The notes under the pieces: model-generated
What the model saw: the letters and a program-made list of their open reading frames with translations, nothing else
What the model was told of the DNA's origin: nothing
The model's database searches: none
In this document: one piece after another, positions 45,734-54,690 of the stretch
Numbering within the stretch: position 1 is the first letter of the stretch
Layout: every line of letters begins with the position of its first letter
Made by a program: the position numbers and the translations under genes
Virus record (IMG/VR): IMGVR_UViG_3300009151_003928
Location: 1-64,000 of that record
Origin: a virus
DNA length: 64,000 bases
Reading direction: 5' to 3' (one strand)

Positions 45734-46769
45734 GATTAACCTCTTCCAAACTGAACGGGCATGGACCCAGATTCGGGATGAGGTGTTTGCGTTAACAGAT
45801 CAATACCATCGATTGGGCATTGCCCAAAATGGCGAACCTGCATTATTATTAGAAGCCGAATTGTGCCGCCGGTTTAATAGAAAATACTGTGTAGTGACGG
45901 GTAGCTGTACTGACGCATTAGACCTGGCTCTGCAGGCATTGAAATTGCCTCGAAACTCCAGGATTGCTGTAGGCAATTACACGTTTACTGCCACTGCACA
46001 CGCCATTGCTCGTGCTGGCTACCGTGTAGTTCCTGTTGATGTAACTGATAACTACACCATTGATGTTACCAAACTTGGTGATGTGGATGCTGTTATACCC
46101 ATTGACTTATTTGGTAACATGAGCAACTGGCAAAATCTGGATCGATTGCGTATGCCAGTTATCAACGATGCCGCCCAAAGTTTGGAAAGTAGCGACTGGG
46201 AAAATTGGAGTGTTAGTAAGGGTCTAGTTAGTTGCGTTAGTTTTAGCCCTAGTAAAACTATTTCTAGTTGGGGATCAGGCGGAGCATTATTGACCGACAA
46301 CGAAGATATAGCCACTATGTGTAGGCAATTACGTATTCATGGTAAGGTCCGTAATGACGATCTTGCCATTGGGCCCGGTTTAAATAGTATAATGTCAACT
46401 ATGGAAGTTGCCGCAGTCTTGGTAGGATTTAAATATTCCGAAAAATGGCAGGACCGGAGAACCCGAATCAGTGACCACATTAGAAGTAACTGTAAACTAA
46501 AATCAGCAAACGATTTTAGTTTAAGAAAAAATACTTATCATAAGTTAGTATTCCAGAGCGACAATAGAGACGAGCTAGTATCAAAACTAAATGAACAGGG
46601 CATTGGTGCTACTGTACATTATCGTGTAACAGTCAATGATGAGGCTTTGTATCATACAAAAAAGTCTTTTCCAGTAAGTGATAGATTAAAAGCTGTTAGT
46701 TTTACAGTACCAAACCAACATACATTAACTGATGCTGAAGTAGAACGCATCGTAGAGGCATTAAAATGA
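45723..46769 (+). CDS. DegT/DnrJ/EryC1/StrS sugar aminotransferase
   Basis: SCTDAL, TFTATA, INDAAQSL, SFSPSKT...GSGG. Confidence 0.9.
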   Translation: MLDKINLFQTERAWTQIRDEVFALTDQYHRLGIAQNGEPALLLEAELCRRFNRKYCVVTGSCTDALDLALQALKLPRNSRIAVGNYTFTATAHAIARAGYRVVPVDVTDNYTIDVTKLGDVDAVIPIDLFGNMSNWQNLDRLRMPVINDAAQSLESSDWENWSVSKGLVSCVSFSPSKTISSWGSGGALLTDNEDIATMCRQLRIHGKVRNDDLAIGPGLNSIMSTMEVAAVLVGFKYSEKWQDRRTRISDHIRSNCKLKSANDFSLRKNTYHKLVFQSDNRDELVSKLNEQGIGATVHYRVTVNDEALYHTKKSFPVSDRLKAVSFTVPNQHTLTDAEVERIVEALK

Positions 46770-47734
46770 ATATATTAATTTTAGGTGGACACGGATTCAT
46801 TGGGCACCATGTGGCACGACAAATGTCCGACTTAGGGCACAACGTATCAACCGTCGACATACATCATCAATACGGCGAATATCAGGATTGGGAATATTTT
46901 CCAGTATTGTTACAACGCCTGCACTACATGGGCGCACACAACGGTCTTCAAGGCAATGTTTGTGATCCGGTATTTATGGATAATGCGTTTGCAACTACTA
47001 AACCCGATGTAGTAATTGATCTTGCTACATACCCTAATGCTAAGATGGTTAAAAAGAATGTAGTAGATGCCACAACCAATATGATTGCGGCCACTGCTAT
47101 TGCTCTAGATCTTTGTGTCAAGTACAATGTCAAACGTTTTGTACTAGCAAGTAGTTCGATGGTATATGGCGACTTTGATGCGTTCACAGGTGCACCAAAC
47201 GAAACTGCCGTATGTGATCCGCTGACTTTATATGGTAGTTATAAATTACAATGCGAACGTATGTGTAAAATTTGGAACCACGAACATGGTTTAGAATATG
47301 CATTGTTACGCCCTAGTGCTTTGTATGGCACACGCGATATGGTAGTACGTGTTATTAGTAAAATGACAGTGGCTGCATTAAAGACCGGCAAGATGATTGT
47401 TAACGGTCCGGACAATAAACTAGACTTTAGTTATGTAACAGATGTAGCTAGTGCATTTACTACCGTGGCACTTGATCCAAATTGTGTTAATAGTACGTTT
47501 AATTGTACACGTGGCAATGGTAGAAGAATTATAGAAGCTGCCGAAATGATACAATCAAGAATACCCAGTGAGATTGTAATTCAGCCGCACGATGTGTTTT
47601 ATCCTAATAGAGATACACTCAACAGTAGATTTTTACAAGAGTGTACTAACTGGCGTCCTACTGTAGATATTGAAGAAGGTATTCCCAAGTACTTAGATTG
47701 GTTCTTAGCACAAGACTTCTTAGACCAATTCTAA
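46766..47734 (+). CDS. NAD-dependent nucleotide-sugar epimerase/dehydratase (paralog of 44145)
   Basis: GGHGFIG, SSSMVYGDF, YGSYK, DFSYVTD. Confidence 0.9.
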   Translation: MNILILGGHGFIGHHVARQMSDLGHNVSTVDIHHQYGEYQDWEYFPVLLQRLHYMGAHNGLQGNVCDPVFMDNAFATTKPDVVIDLATYPNAKMVKKNVVDATTNMIAATAIALDLCVKYNVKRFVLASSSMVYGDFDAFTGAPNETAVCDPLTLYGSYKLQCERMCKIWNHEHGLEYALLRPSALYGTRDMVVRVISKMTVAALKTGKMIVNGPDNKLDFSYVTDVASAFTTVALDPNCVNSTFNCTRGNGRRIIEAAEMIQSRIPSEIVIQPHDVFYPNRDTLNSRFLQECTNWRPTVDIEEGIPKYLDWFLAQDFLDQF

Positions 47735-49558
47735 CCAAATTTTTCTGTTGTACTTTTTATAATAGTATTCCTGGCACCAAGCCCAGTCAAAGCTCAACTT
47801 GAGTGCCTCATAATCCCCATCGACACTATCGTGATATTCAACGCCATCTAATGCGCCTTGAATACAATACTCAGCATTTTCACCCTCAGCAACTGTACAC
47901 CAAGTTGTAAGTCTATGTTGAATTTCTAATCCAGCACCTAATACAACTTCACGTTGTAGTTTCATTGTTTCACGGAAAGCACTACGCCAAGTAATCCATG
48001 GATCTGTATTAAAGCGACTTATGCTTGCACAAATAGGAACTACTTCGTGTTCTTTACTTAAGGTAAAGTCTAAACCAGGATCTGTTTCCAGTACTAACTT
48101 TTTATTATATAAGTTAATGTTCATAGCACCGTACTCTAATCCGTTTACAGGATTACGACTGTGGAAGATATAATGTTTGGGCTCTTGAAAATAGTCTGGA
48201 TGGAAATCAAACTTAAAGTCAGGTAATACTTCGGTCTTAGCAAACACCGCATAGAACCAAGGCGTTGTACTTAAACTGGCAGCGGCTTTATAAGCGGCTT
48301 CACGACCAGTAACACCATCACTGCGTTTAGCCCAGGGACAAATACGAGCAAGTGCTAACCAGTTATCTTCTGCCATTGGCTCACCGTTGCTGATAAAAAC
48401 TACATCTGAGTATCGATATCGCGGGCTTATTATACGATGTCCTTTTGTGTCAAGGTACGGATAGTCGTATACTTGTGTAACTAAATCTTCTTTTATATCT
48501 CTTGGTATTAATGCAGATGATCCGTCTTCAGTAACACGATGGACGATGCGATCTTTCTTGGTCCATAAGCAAGGAAAGTCTGCAAACATCAAATCCTTTT
48601 GGTTTGTAAACATTGCATAGGGAGTTTTAAATTCGTAGTTTTTAATTTCGGTTACTAAATCATCAGTATCATAAACATGCACAGGTGTATCAAAACGGGT
48701 AAGCACTTGATCTTCACAATAATTAATAACATTAAACCAATCTAGCAACTCTAAGTCAACCATTTGCTGTGTAAAACTAGGAACATGTATATAGAATGTA
48801 TCGCCACGTTTTTGATTGCCGCTTGGAAAGCAATGTATCATTTCACGTTGTGCATCACTGGGGTGCCAAGTAAAGTCAAATCGTGTGTAGTCGCAGATAC
48901 TACTAATAATCCAGACATATTCTGTTGTGGCCAATTTCATGATACGTTTGAATACGTTAAGATGGCTGTCTACGTAGCGTGTACTTTTAATATCAGGATA
49001 GTCACACTTTAATACATCGTATTGATGACGATTAATTGTAGTATTCATAAAGTCCATGTAGAATATTTGTGTAGCACCTGCCCGGATGCGTTGATCTGTC
49101 ATGTACTTGACACCGGCACTACCAGGATAAACAGGTCCGCCTTCACGTTGCCATTGTGTAGGGAAATGATATTCATAGTCGGGCTCTGTACGATCTGGAT
49201 GCCAACTATAATCAAACTCACTATCGTCTATGTTATCAGGTACAGTCCATAAACTCTTGTTAGGCTTGCGCCAGACTTGTTGGCCTGTATGAAAGTGCCA
49301 TTCCTCAAGATGCTGTGTGCGTTTATTAGCTAGATATACTTCGCCGTTACGTTGATGTTGACTTGGCCAAACATGTAAATGATTTATTTCCCAAGGAACA
49401 GGTGTATAATCAAAATCAAATCCGGTGTAGTCATTACCCCCATAAATATACCAGTAGTGACTAGTCTTACTTTTAGTAGCGGCATCTTCCAATGAAGTCG
49501 CAGGTTGTTCAAAAGCAAACAAGCCCGGTTTATCGCCAAAGTAAAAAACATCAAACAT
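47720..49558 (-). CDS. Repeat-containing glycosyltransferase-like (GT-A-like) protein
   Basis: Four FDF.(W/F/Y).P...H.(F/W) repeats; C-terminal DVVFISNGE...A..NW...VTG...AYKAAA..STTPWFYAV, WRSAFRE. Confidence 0.5.
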   Translation of the reverse strand: MFDVFYFGDKPGLFAFEQPATSLEDAATKSKTSHYWYIYGGNDYTGFDFDYTPVPWEINHLHVWPSQHQRNGEVYLANKRTQHLEEWHFHTGQQVWRKPNKSLWTVPDNIDDSEFDYSWHPDRTEPDYEYHFPTQWQREGGPVYPGSAGVKYMTDQRIRAGATQIFYMDFMNTTINRHQYDVLKCDYPDIKSTRYVDSHLNVFKRIMKLATTEYVWIISSICDYTRFDFTWHPSDAQREMIHCFPSGNQKRGDTFYIHVPSFTQQMVDLELLDWFNVINYCEDQVLTRFDTPVHVYDTDDLVTEIKNYEFKTPYAMFTNQKDLMFADFPCLWTKKDRIVHRVTEDGSSALIPRDIKEDLVTQVYDYPYLDTKGHRIISPRYRYSDVVFISNGEPMAEDNWLALARICPWAKRSDGVTGREAAYKAAASLSTTPWFYAVFAKTEVLPDFKFDFHPDYFQEPKHYIFHSRNPVNGLEYGAMNINLYNKKLVLETDPGLDFTLSKEHEVVPICASISRFNTDPWITWRSAFRETMKLQREVVLGAGLEIQHRLTTWCTVAEGENAEYCIQGALDGVEYHDSVDGDYEALKLSFDWAWCQEYYYKKYNRKIWLELV

Positions 49559-50822
49559 GTATAACCTATCCAATCATTATGAAAATATCTATCAGTACCT
49601 ACGTACTATTATAGCAGATGTGAGGGTCGCTTATCTACATCCTTTTGGATCAACTTCACCAGAAAACATAGAAATGATACGTAATGTTGACAATGAAGTA
49701 GATGATATTGACACCGACGTTGCTAATATGAAATTTGATGATTTCTTGCCTACCGACAAAGACATGTACGATAGGTTTATTAACCATAAATTATTATCTC
49801 GTGTGCCACTGTTCTTATTCTATGATCAAGAACCCTTAGACCTACATTATAATTATCCATTACTCAAATGGCTGACAGAAAATACTCATGCTCCGTGGGT
49901 ATTAGTTAACACCGAAAGAAACAGCTACGACCGAGATCGAATATGTAATGAATTGCCGTTTGCTGAAGTAAACTATTTCTTTCATATTTTTGCGGCAGCA
50001 GATTGGTTCCGAGGACATGAATATTTGCCAGGCATTGTTGCTCCTGCCGATCGTAAATTAAAGAAAACTTACATATCATTTAATCGTATTACAAGCAACA
50101 AACGATTGTATCGTAGTCTATTAGTTAACGAATTATACAAAAACAATTTACTTGAACACGGCTATGTTAGTTACAGTAAAGTATGTCCTGATACCAATGA
50201 TTCATTTGATGTAAGTATTAGGGCAGGCATTCCTGAGTATCCACTCAGTCATGTACTTAAAGAAGAAGTAATTGCTAACATAGAACAATTACCCGAGTTA
50301 CGTATAGACTTTGCCAAGGAAGATTTTATTCCCAATCAAAGTATGCTATTAAGTCCCTTACGTCAACTAATGGAAAGTTTTTTATTCCTAGTAACAGAAA
50401 CTTGCTACTTTCAAAACAAAACGCATTTGACTGAAAAGATATTTAAACCCATTGTACTACGTATGCCATTTATACTTGTGGGCTGTGCCAACAACTTAGA
50501 ATATTTACGTAGCTATGGGTTTAAAACCTTTGGTGATTTCTGGGACGAAAGTTACGATACTATTTTTGATCCAATACAACGACTTGATGCTATTGTAAAG
50601 ATTTTAAAAGATATTAGTAGCATGAGTATTGCGGAACAACAAGACATGTTAGTCAAGATGCAACCTGTATTAGATCATAACTATAACTTGTTCAATGATC
50701 CCAACTTTGTACGTCAAGAATGGGATCATTTAAAAGAACAGCTCAGACTTATGTGTTTGAACTATGAATTTAAACCGCCGTATAAACCAAATCCTAGACT
50801 AGGGCAAGCGATTCCATGCTAA
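49557..50822 (+). CDS. Putative glycosyltransferase-like phage protein
   Basis: SFNR...R, LVTET...LTEKIFKPI...PFILVG...LRSYGFKTF...DESYD, reminiscent of GT10-like TEK motifs. Confidence 0.5.
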   Translation: MYNLSNHYENIYQYLRTIIADVRVAYLHPFGSTSPENIEMIRNVDNEVDDIDTDVANMKFDDFLPTDKDMYDRFINHKLLSRVPLFLFYDQEPLDLHYNYPLLKWLTENTHAPWVLVNTERNSYDRDRICNELPFAEVNYFFHIFAAADWFRGHEYLPGIVAPADRKLKKTYISFNRITSNKRLYRSLLVNELYKNNLLEHGYVSYSKVCPDTNDSFDVSIRAGIPEYPLSHVLKEEVIANIEQLPELRIDFAKEDFIPNQSMLLSPLRQLMESFLFLVTETCYFQNKTHLTEKIFKPIVLRMPFILVGCANNLEYLRSYGFKTFGDFWDESYDTIFDPIQRLDAIVKILKDISSMSIAEQQDMLVKMQPVLDHNYNLFNDPNFVRQEWDHLKEQLRLMCLNYEFKPPYKPNPRLGQAIPC

Positions 50823-50984
50823 TTCATGTATATAGTACAAGATAGTATTGGCAATCATCTGTGCAATAGCAATACTGGTAGCAAGAAAAAATTGCCCAGT
50901 AACCAAGTAACTTATTAAGAATGTACTAGTTGACCCGACCAAGCGCCAGGTCAACGTTTTCCATAATGTGCGATACTTATTCAA
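50799..50984 (-). CDS. DUF2061-like small membrane protein
   Basis: RTLWKTLTWR...YYIHELAW. Confidence 0.75.
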   Translation of the reverse strand: MNKYRTLWKTLTWRLVGSTSTFLISYLVTGQFFLATSIAIAQMIANTILYYIHELAWNRLP

Positions 50985-51768
50985 TTCCTAAACTCTTACG
51001 TATCTTAGTAGCACTAATATCCGTTATCTTTTCATCAAACGTTTCTTCGCCGCTGGTATAACCAACTCCACGACCCCATCCAATATGTACAATGTTAGGT
51101 ACAACTTGTATGTCATACAATCCTTGATATAGCGGATCTAGATCCTGTTTAATAAAGCTCTTGACTTTTTCTACTTCAAACGGATTGCTACCTTGCCAAC
51201 CTTGTACGTCACGCACTTGTATAATAACTTGTCCAGTCCGGGCTAACAGTCTTTCAAATAGCGCACGGTGTCCGTCGTGCCATGGTTGCCAGCGACCTAA
51301 CATCTGTACTGTTTCTTTACGCCAATCAAATACAGGGCGTCTGCGGTTTTCTACAATATGTTCAGCAATAAAGTCTGCCCATTTAACAGCGTTTTGCTCG
51401 TTAACACGGAAGTCGTATACTTCAGGTTCCACAAACATTTTGTTTGTATCAGCATATCGACCTTCGCGGATAGTATCCATCCAAACAGTCCAGTCTGCTT
51501 TGAAGTTATTACGCATTTCTACCAAAGGTGCAACAAAGTCGCAAAGTGCGTAGTCGGTTCCACAAGTGTCTGCTAGGTCGTACATGCGTTTGCTTTGACG
51601 AATACGGCCTGCTTCACTAAAATCCCAATCGTCAAATTGTTTACGAACTTCGTCGGCATTAAACCATGTTACGGTTTTGCCACAGTCTTCTAATAGCTTT
51701 TTTAGTTCTGTTGCTAGATAAGTTTTTCCTGAGCCAGGAAGGCCCATAATTAAAATACGTTGTGTCAT
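50977..51768 (-). CDS. Adenylylsulfate kinase (CysC)-like P-loop kinase fused to an HxGH nucleotidyltransferase
   Basis: GLPGSGKT, NADEVR, DFS..GR; C-terminal GRWQPWHDGH and ISATKIR. Confidence 0.75.
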   Translation of the reverse strand: MTQRILIMGLPGSGKTYLATELKKLLEDCGKTVTWFNADEVRKQFDDWDFSEAGRIRQSKRMYDLADTCGTDYALCDFVAPLVEMRNNFKADWTVWMDTIREGRYADTNKMFVEPEVYDFRVNEQNAVKWADFIAEHIVENRRRPVFDWRKETVQMLGRWQPWHDGHRALFERLLARTGQVIIQVRDVQGWQGSNPFEVEKVKSFIKQDLDPLYQGLYDIQVVPNIVHIGWGRGVGYTSGEETFDEKITDISATKIRKSLGIE

Positions 51769-53240
51769 GAATATACCTTTACGTTATAGAGTTTTTCAAA
51801 GCGATCTGCATCAGCGCGGTCATTGACCATTGGTTCACCTTTAATGTTAAGACTTGTGTTTAATAACATTGGACAACCAGTTAAGACATACCATTTTTCT
51901 AGGAGTTCTCTAATTCCTGAACTATTAGCTGGTACTGTTTGTATACGACTAGTGCCATCATAGTGGACAATAGCAGGAAATAACTTAGGGTGGCGACAGC
52001 GACCCACCACTTGCATATAACTGCTATCAACAAACCCACTAGGCATGTCAAAGTAATCGTTAACGTGCTCTGCCAAAATAATCGGCGCAAATGGTCTAAA
52101 TTCTTGTCTACGTTTAATTTGGTTGACACGGTCTTTTATGTCCGGACCCCGCGGGTCGGCGAGTAGACTTCTGTTTCCAAGGGCCCTTGGTCCAAATTCT
52201 GCTCTTCCAGAGGCCACCCCCACGATCTTATCTCTAAGGAGTCCGTCGAGCGCGGTGTTAACTGGATAAGGACCGGGAATACTGTGTCCGAGAAATGCAT
52301 GGTCAAACTGTATTCTGCCGCCGTGGACAAGAGCGGCCGCACCAAGGCTACTACCAGCATCACCAGGGTTAGGCATGATCCATACTTTTTCAAAATAATC
52401 ACCAAGATTTCTATTAGCTAAACAGTTAAGGGCAACACCGCCCATATATACCAAGTTTGTACTCCACCCAAAGTCTTTTGCGCGGCGCATAACATTATAT
52501 ATCAAATTTTCACAAAAAGCCTGTGCAGAACTGGCAATATCTTCAACATCAAATTTTGAGTTCCACTCGTAGCTGGTACCAGTGTGTAAATTTTCTTTAA
52601 ACTTGATGTTCCACTCGTCTGCTAGTAGTTGCATACTCATTGACGTACTGGCTTTATCAGTCCCATATGCGGCCATACCCATTAAGATGTATTCATCTTC
52701 CATGGGCTTTAGTCCAGCTTGTTGTGTCATTGCTGTATAAAACAATCCTATGCTGTGTGGATACTTCTGCCCCCATAGCCGATGATACTGTGCCCGTCCA
52801 TTGACATAATGAGCACCCCAAATACTAATTGTGTCCCACTCACCAATTGCATCAATAACAACTACAGTAGCTCGATCAAAGGTACTAGTTTGGAATCCAG
52901 CCGCGGCATGACTTAAATGATGATTGTGCGAACTATATTCTGGAAATTTAAAACCGCAAAGTTGTTTTTTTAATATTTGCTGTACAGTAAATTTGTTCCA
53001 TTCTATTCCTTCTCCACTATACCATCTACGTAACTGTTTTGCCCACGGACGTTCATAATATGCAACATGGTATATGGGACTATGTTGCATGACGTCGGTA
53101 AACAATTCACTGGCAAATTCAGCATCGTTTTTAATTTTGCTGTAACGTTCACTATGGCCTGCAAATAGTATCTCTCCGTGAGGGTTTAATACTGTTGCGG
53201 CCGCATCATGAAAGCCAGCCGAGATTCCTAATATATTCAT
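51765..53240 (-). CDS. Carbamoyltransferase (NodU/CmcH family)
   Basis: HDAAA, ERYS..K.D, HHLSHAA, GGVALN, EFGPRALGNRS, RPFAP, LLNTSLN. Confidence 0.95.
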   Translation of the reverse strand: MNILGISAGFHDAAATVLNPHGEILFAGHSERYSKIKNDAEFASELFTDVMQHSPIYHVAYYERPWAKQLRRWYSGEGIEWNKFTVQQILKKQLCGFKFPEYSSHNHHLSHAAAGFQTSTFDRATVVVIDAIGEWDTISIWGAHYVNGRAQYHRLWGQKYPHSIGLFYTAMTQQAGLKPMEDEYILMGMAAYGTDKASTSMSMQLLADEWNIKFKENLHTGTSYEWNSKFDVEDIASSAQAFCENLIYNVMRRAKDFGWSTNLVYMGGVALNCLANRNLGDYFEKVWIMPNPGDAGSSLGAAALVHGGRIQFDHAFLGHSIPGPYPVNTALDGLLRDKIVGVASGRAEFGPRALGNRSLLADPRGPDIKDRVNQIKRRQEFRPFAPIILAEHVNDYFDMPSGFVDSSYMQVVGRCRHPKLFPAIVHYDGTSRIQTVPANSSGIRELLEKWYVLTGCPMLLNTSLNIKGEPMVNDRADADRFEKLYNVKVYS

Positions 53241-53844
53241 AATATTTGTCTGCTACTTTTACGTGACCTTCGTTTAAGAAATGATTGCTTTTGCCCCTAG
53301 GAGATTCAAATGTCCATTCTGCCATGCCATTCATTGGCCACTCTATAAATTGTGTATAATCTATCTTGTCTAATAGATCTTGACTGGTGTCTTTAAGTGT
53401 ACTGTAATAATATTCTGTTTCGCCTTGTGTAGTTGACATTAGATACTTGATGTTTTGTGTTTTTAGATAATTCTGAGTCAGTATTATATCAGTCAGGTAC
53501 CGTCGAAACAAATATTTAGGTTCGTGACTTGCTGTTATCAATCTAGCAAACTCGGGCTGAAACATGTCAATCGGTCGTCCTTGCCAACCGGGCCATACAT
53601 CAAATGTATTGGTTATGGTTCCAAACTCTACTCGCCCTGGACTTGTCCACCCTACTACCACCAAGTCATAATCGGTTGCATGTTCCACAATGTTACGAAC
53701 TATTTGTGTATTGCCGCCGCCAGGCTTGCCCAAGTTAGTTACAGTGGTATCAAGTTTGCCGGCCAACACACAAGGCCATGACTGTGTGCGATCTGCTAGA
53801 TCAGATCCATAGGTAAAGCTGTCGCCTACTGCCAGTATTTTCAT
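53206..53844 (-). CDS. SGNH/GDSL-like protein
   Basis: GDSFTYG, NLGKPGGGN, GWTSPGRVE, NHFLNEGH. Confidence 0.75.
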   Translation of the reverse strand: MKILAVGDSFTYGSDLADRTQSWPCVLAGKLDTTVTNLGKPGGGNTQIVRNIVEHATDYDLVVVGWTSPGRVEFGTITNTFDVWPGWQGRPIDMFQPEFARLITASHEPKYLFRRYLTDIILTQNYLKTQNIKYLMSTTQGETEYYYSTLKDTSQDLLDKIDYTQFIEWPMNGMAEWTFESPRGKSNHFLNEGHVKVADKYYEYIRNLGWLS

Positions 53845-53942
53845 TTGTAAATAAATGGATCACGTTTACGCAATTCTTTTAATTTCTTGCGATAACGTAT
53901 TTCTAATGTAATTCTATTGTATATGTTTCTTAACCAATTCAT
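53841..53942 (-). CDS. 33-aa basic peptide MNWLRNIYNRITLEIRYRKKLKELRKRDPFIYK
   Basis: Translated by hand; ATGA overlap with the downstream SGNH gene; not in the ORF track. Confidence 0.65.
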   Translation of the reverse strand: MNWLRNIYNRITLEIRYRKKLKELRKRDPFIYK

Positions 53943-54690
53943 TGAATTTATCTTTCATTATTTTGGAAGCATCCAGATGTGCTTGCTCAAGTGGATGTGT
54001 TGTGCCTACTGGGTATTTATTCTCTAACGCCCACTGGTAAAAACCTCTTTGGGTTTTGGTTTGGTTTGAGCCTTTACCTTCAGGAAACCAAAACCATTTT
54101 AAATAGTCAATTTGGTTTAGCAAACTTGATAGTACCGAATCGGCGTTGTCCACTGTATGGTTATTAAATAGGCAATTATCTGCACAAGTAAACATAAATG
54201 GTATGCCCTTAACTGTTAGATAATTTTGTAGATAAACAATTTCTTTAAGACTACTGTATATTTCCCAGTACTCAGTTGACCCTACGTGTTTATAAAAGGA
54301 ATCTGCAAAATCAGCAACTCCAGTTTGCTTTGCACGTTCAATAGTTTGTTTTTGTGCAGTAAGTATTTCTGCATTATCTGTAACAAATTCTTCTTTAATA
54401 GAATCAATATCAGATTTAATAGTCCAAACATTAATACTGTACCACGGGCTTTTCTTTTGTTGAGTATTGTAGGCAAATCTAAACTCGTATCGTCCCGGGA
54501 ATGTCCAACTAACAATTACACCAGTTACACCGCCTTGTTCACAACGTTCTATAGTAGTACGAGCAATAGCGTCATTTCCGTAACCTGGCCATGCGACACA
54601 TTCATCTGCACCCAATAAGGCTGTAAATGTGTTAGCAGGACTTTTTAGTTCACTTCCAAATACAAAACTATCTCCGGCTGCTATAATCAT
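53914..54690 (-). CDS. SGNH/GDSL-like protein
   Basis: GDSFVFG, PGYGNDAIAR, SWTFPGRYE, THPLEQAH. Confidence 0.75.
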   Translation of the reverse strand: MIIAAGDSFVFGSELKSPANTFTALLGADECVAWPGYGNDAIARTTIERCEQGGVTGVIVSWTFPGRYEFRFAYNTQQKKSPWYSINVWTIKSDIDSIKEEFVTDNAEILTAQKQTIERAKQTGVADFADSFYKHVGSTEYWEIYSSLKEIVYLQNYLTVKGIPFMFTCADNCLFNNHTVDNADSVLSSLLNQIDYLKWFWFPEGKGSNQTKTQRGFYQWALENKYPVGTTHPLEQAHLDASKIMKDKFNELVKKHIQ

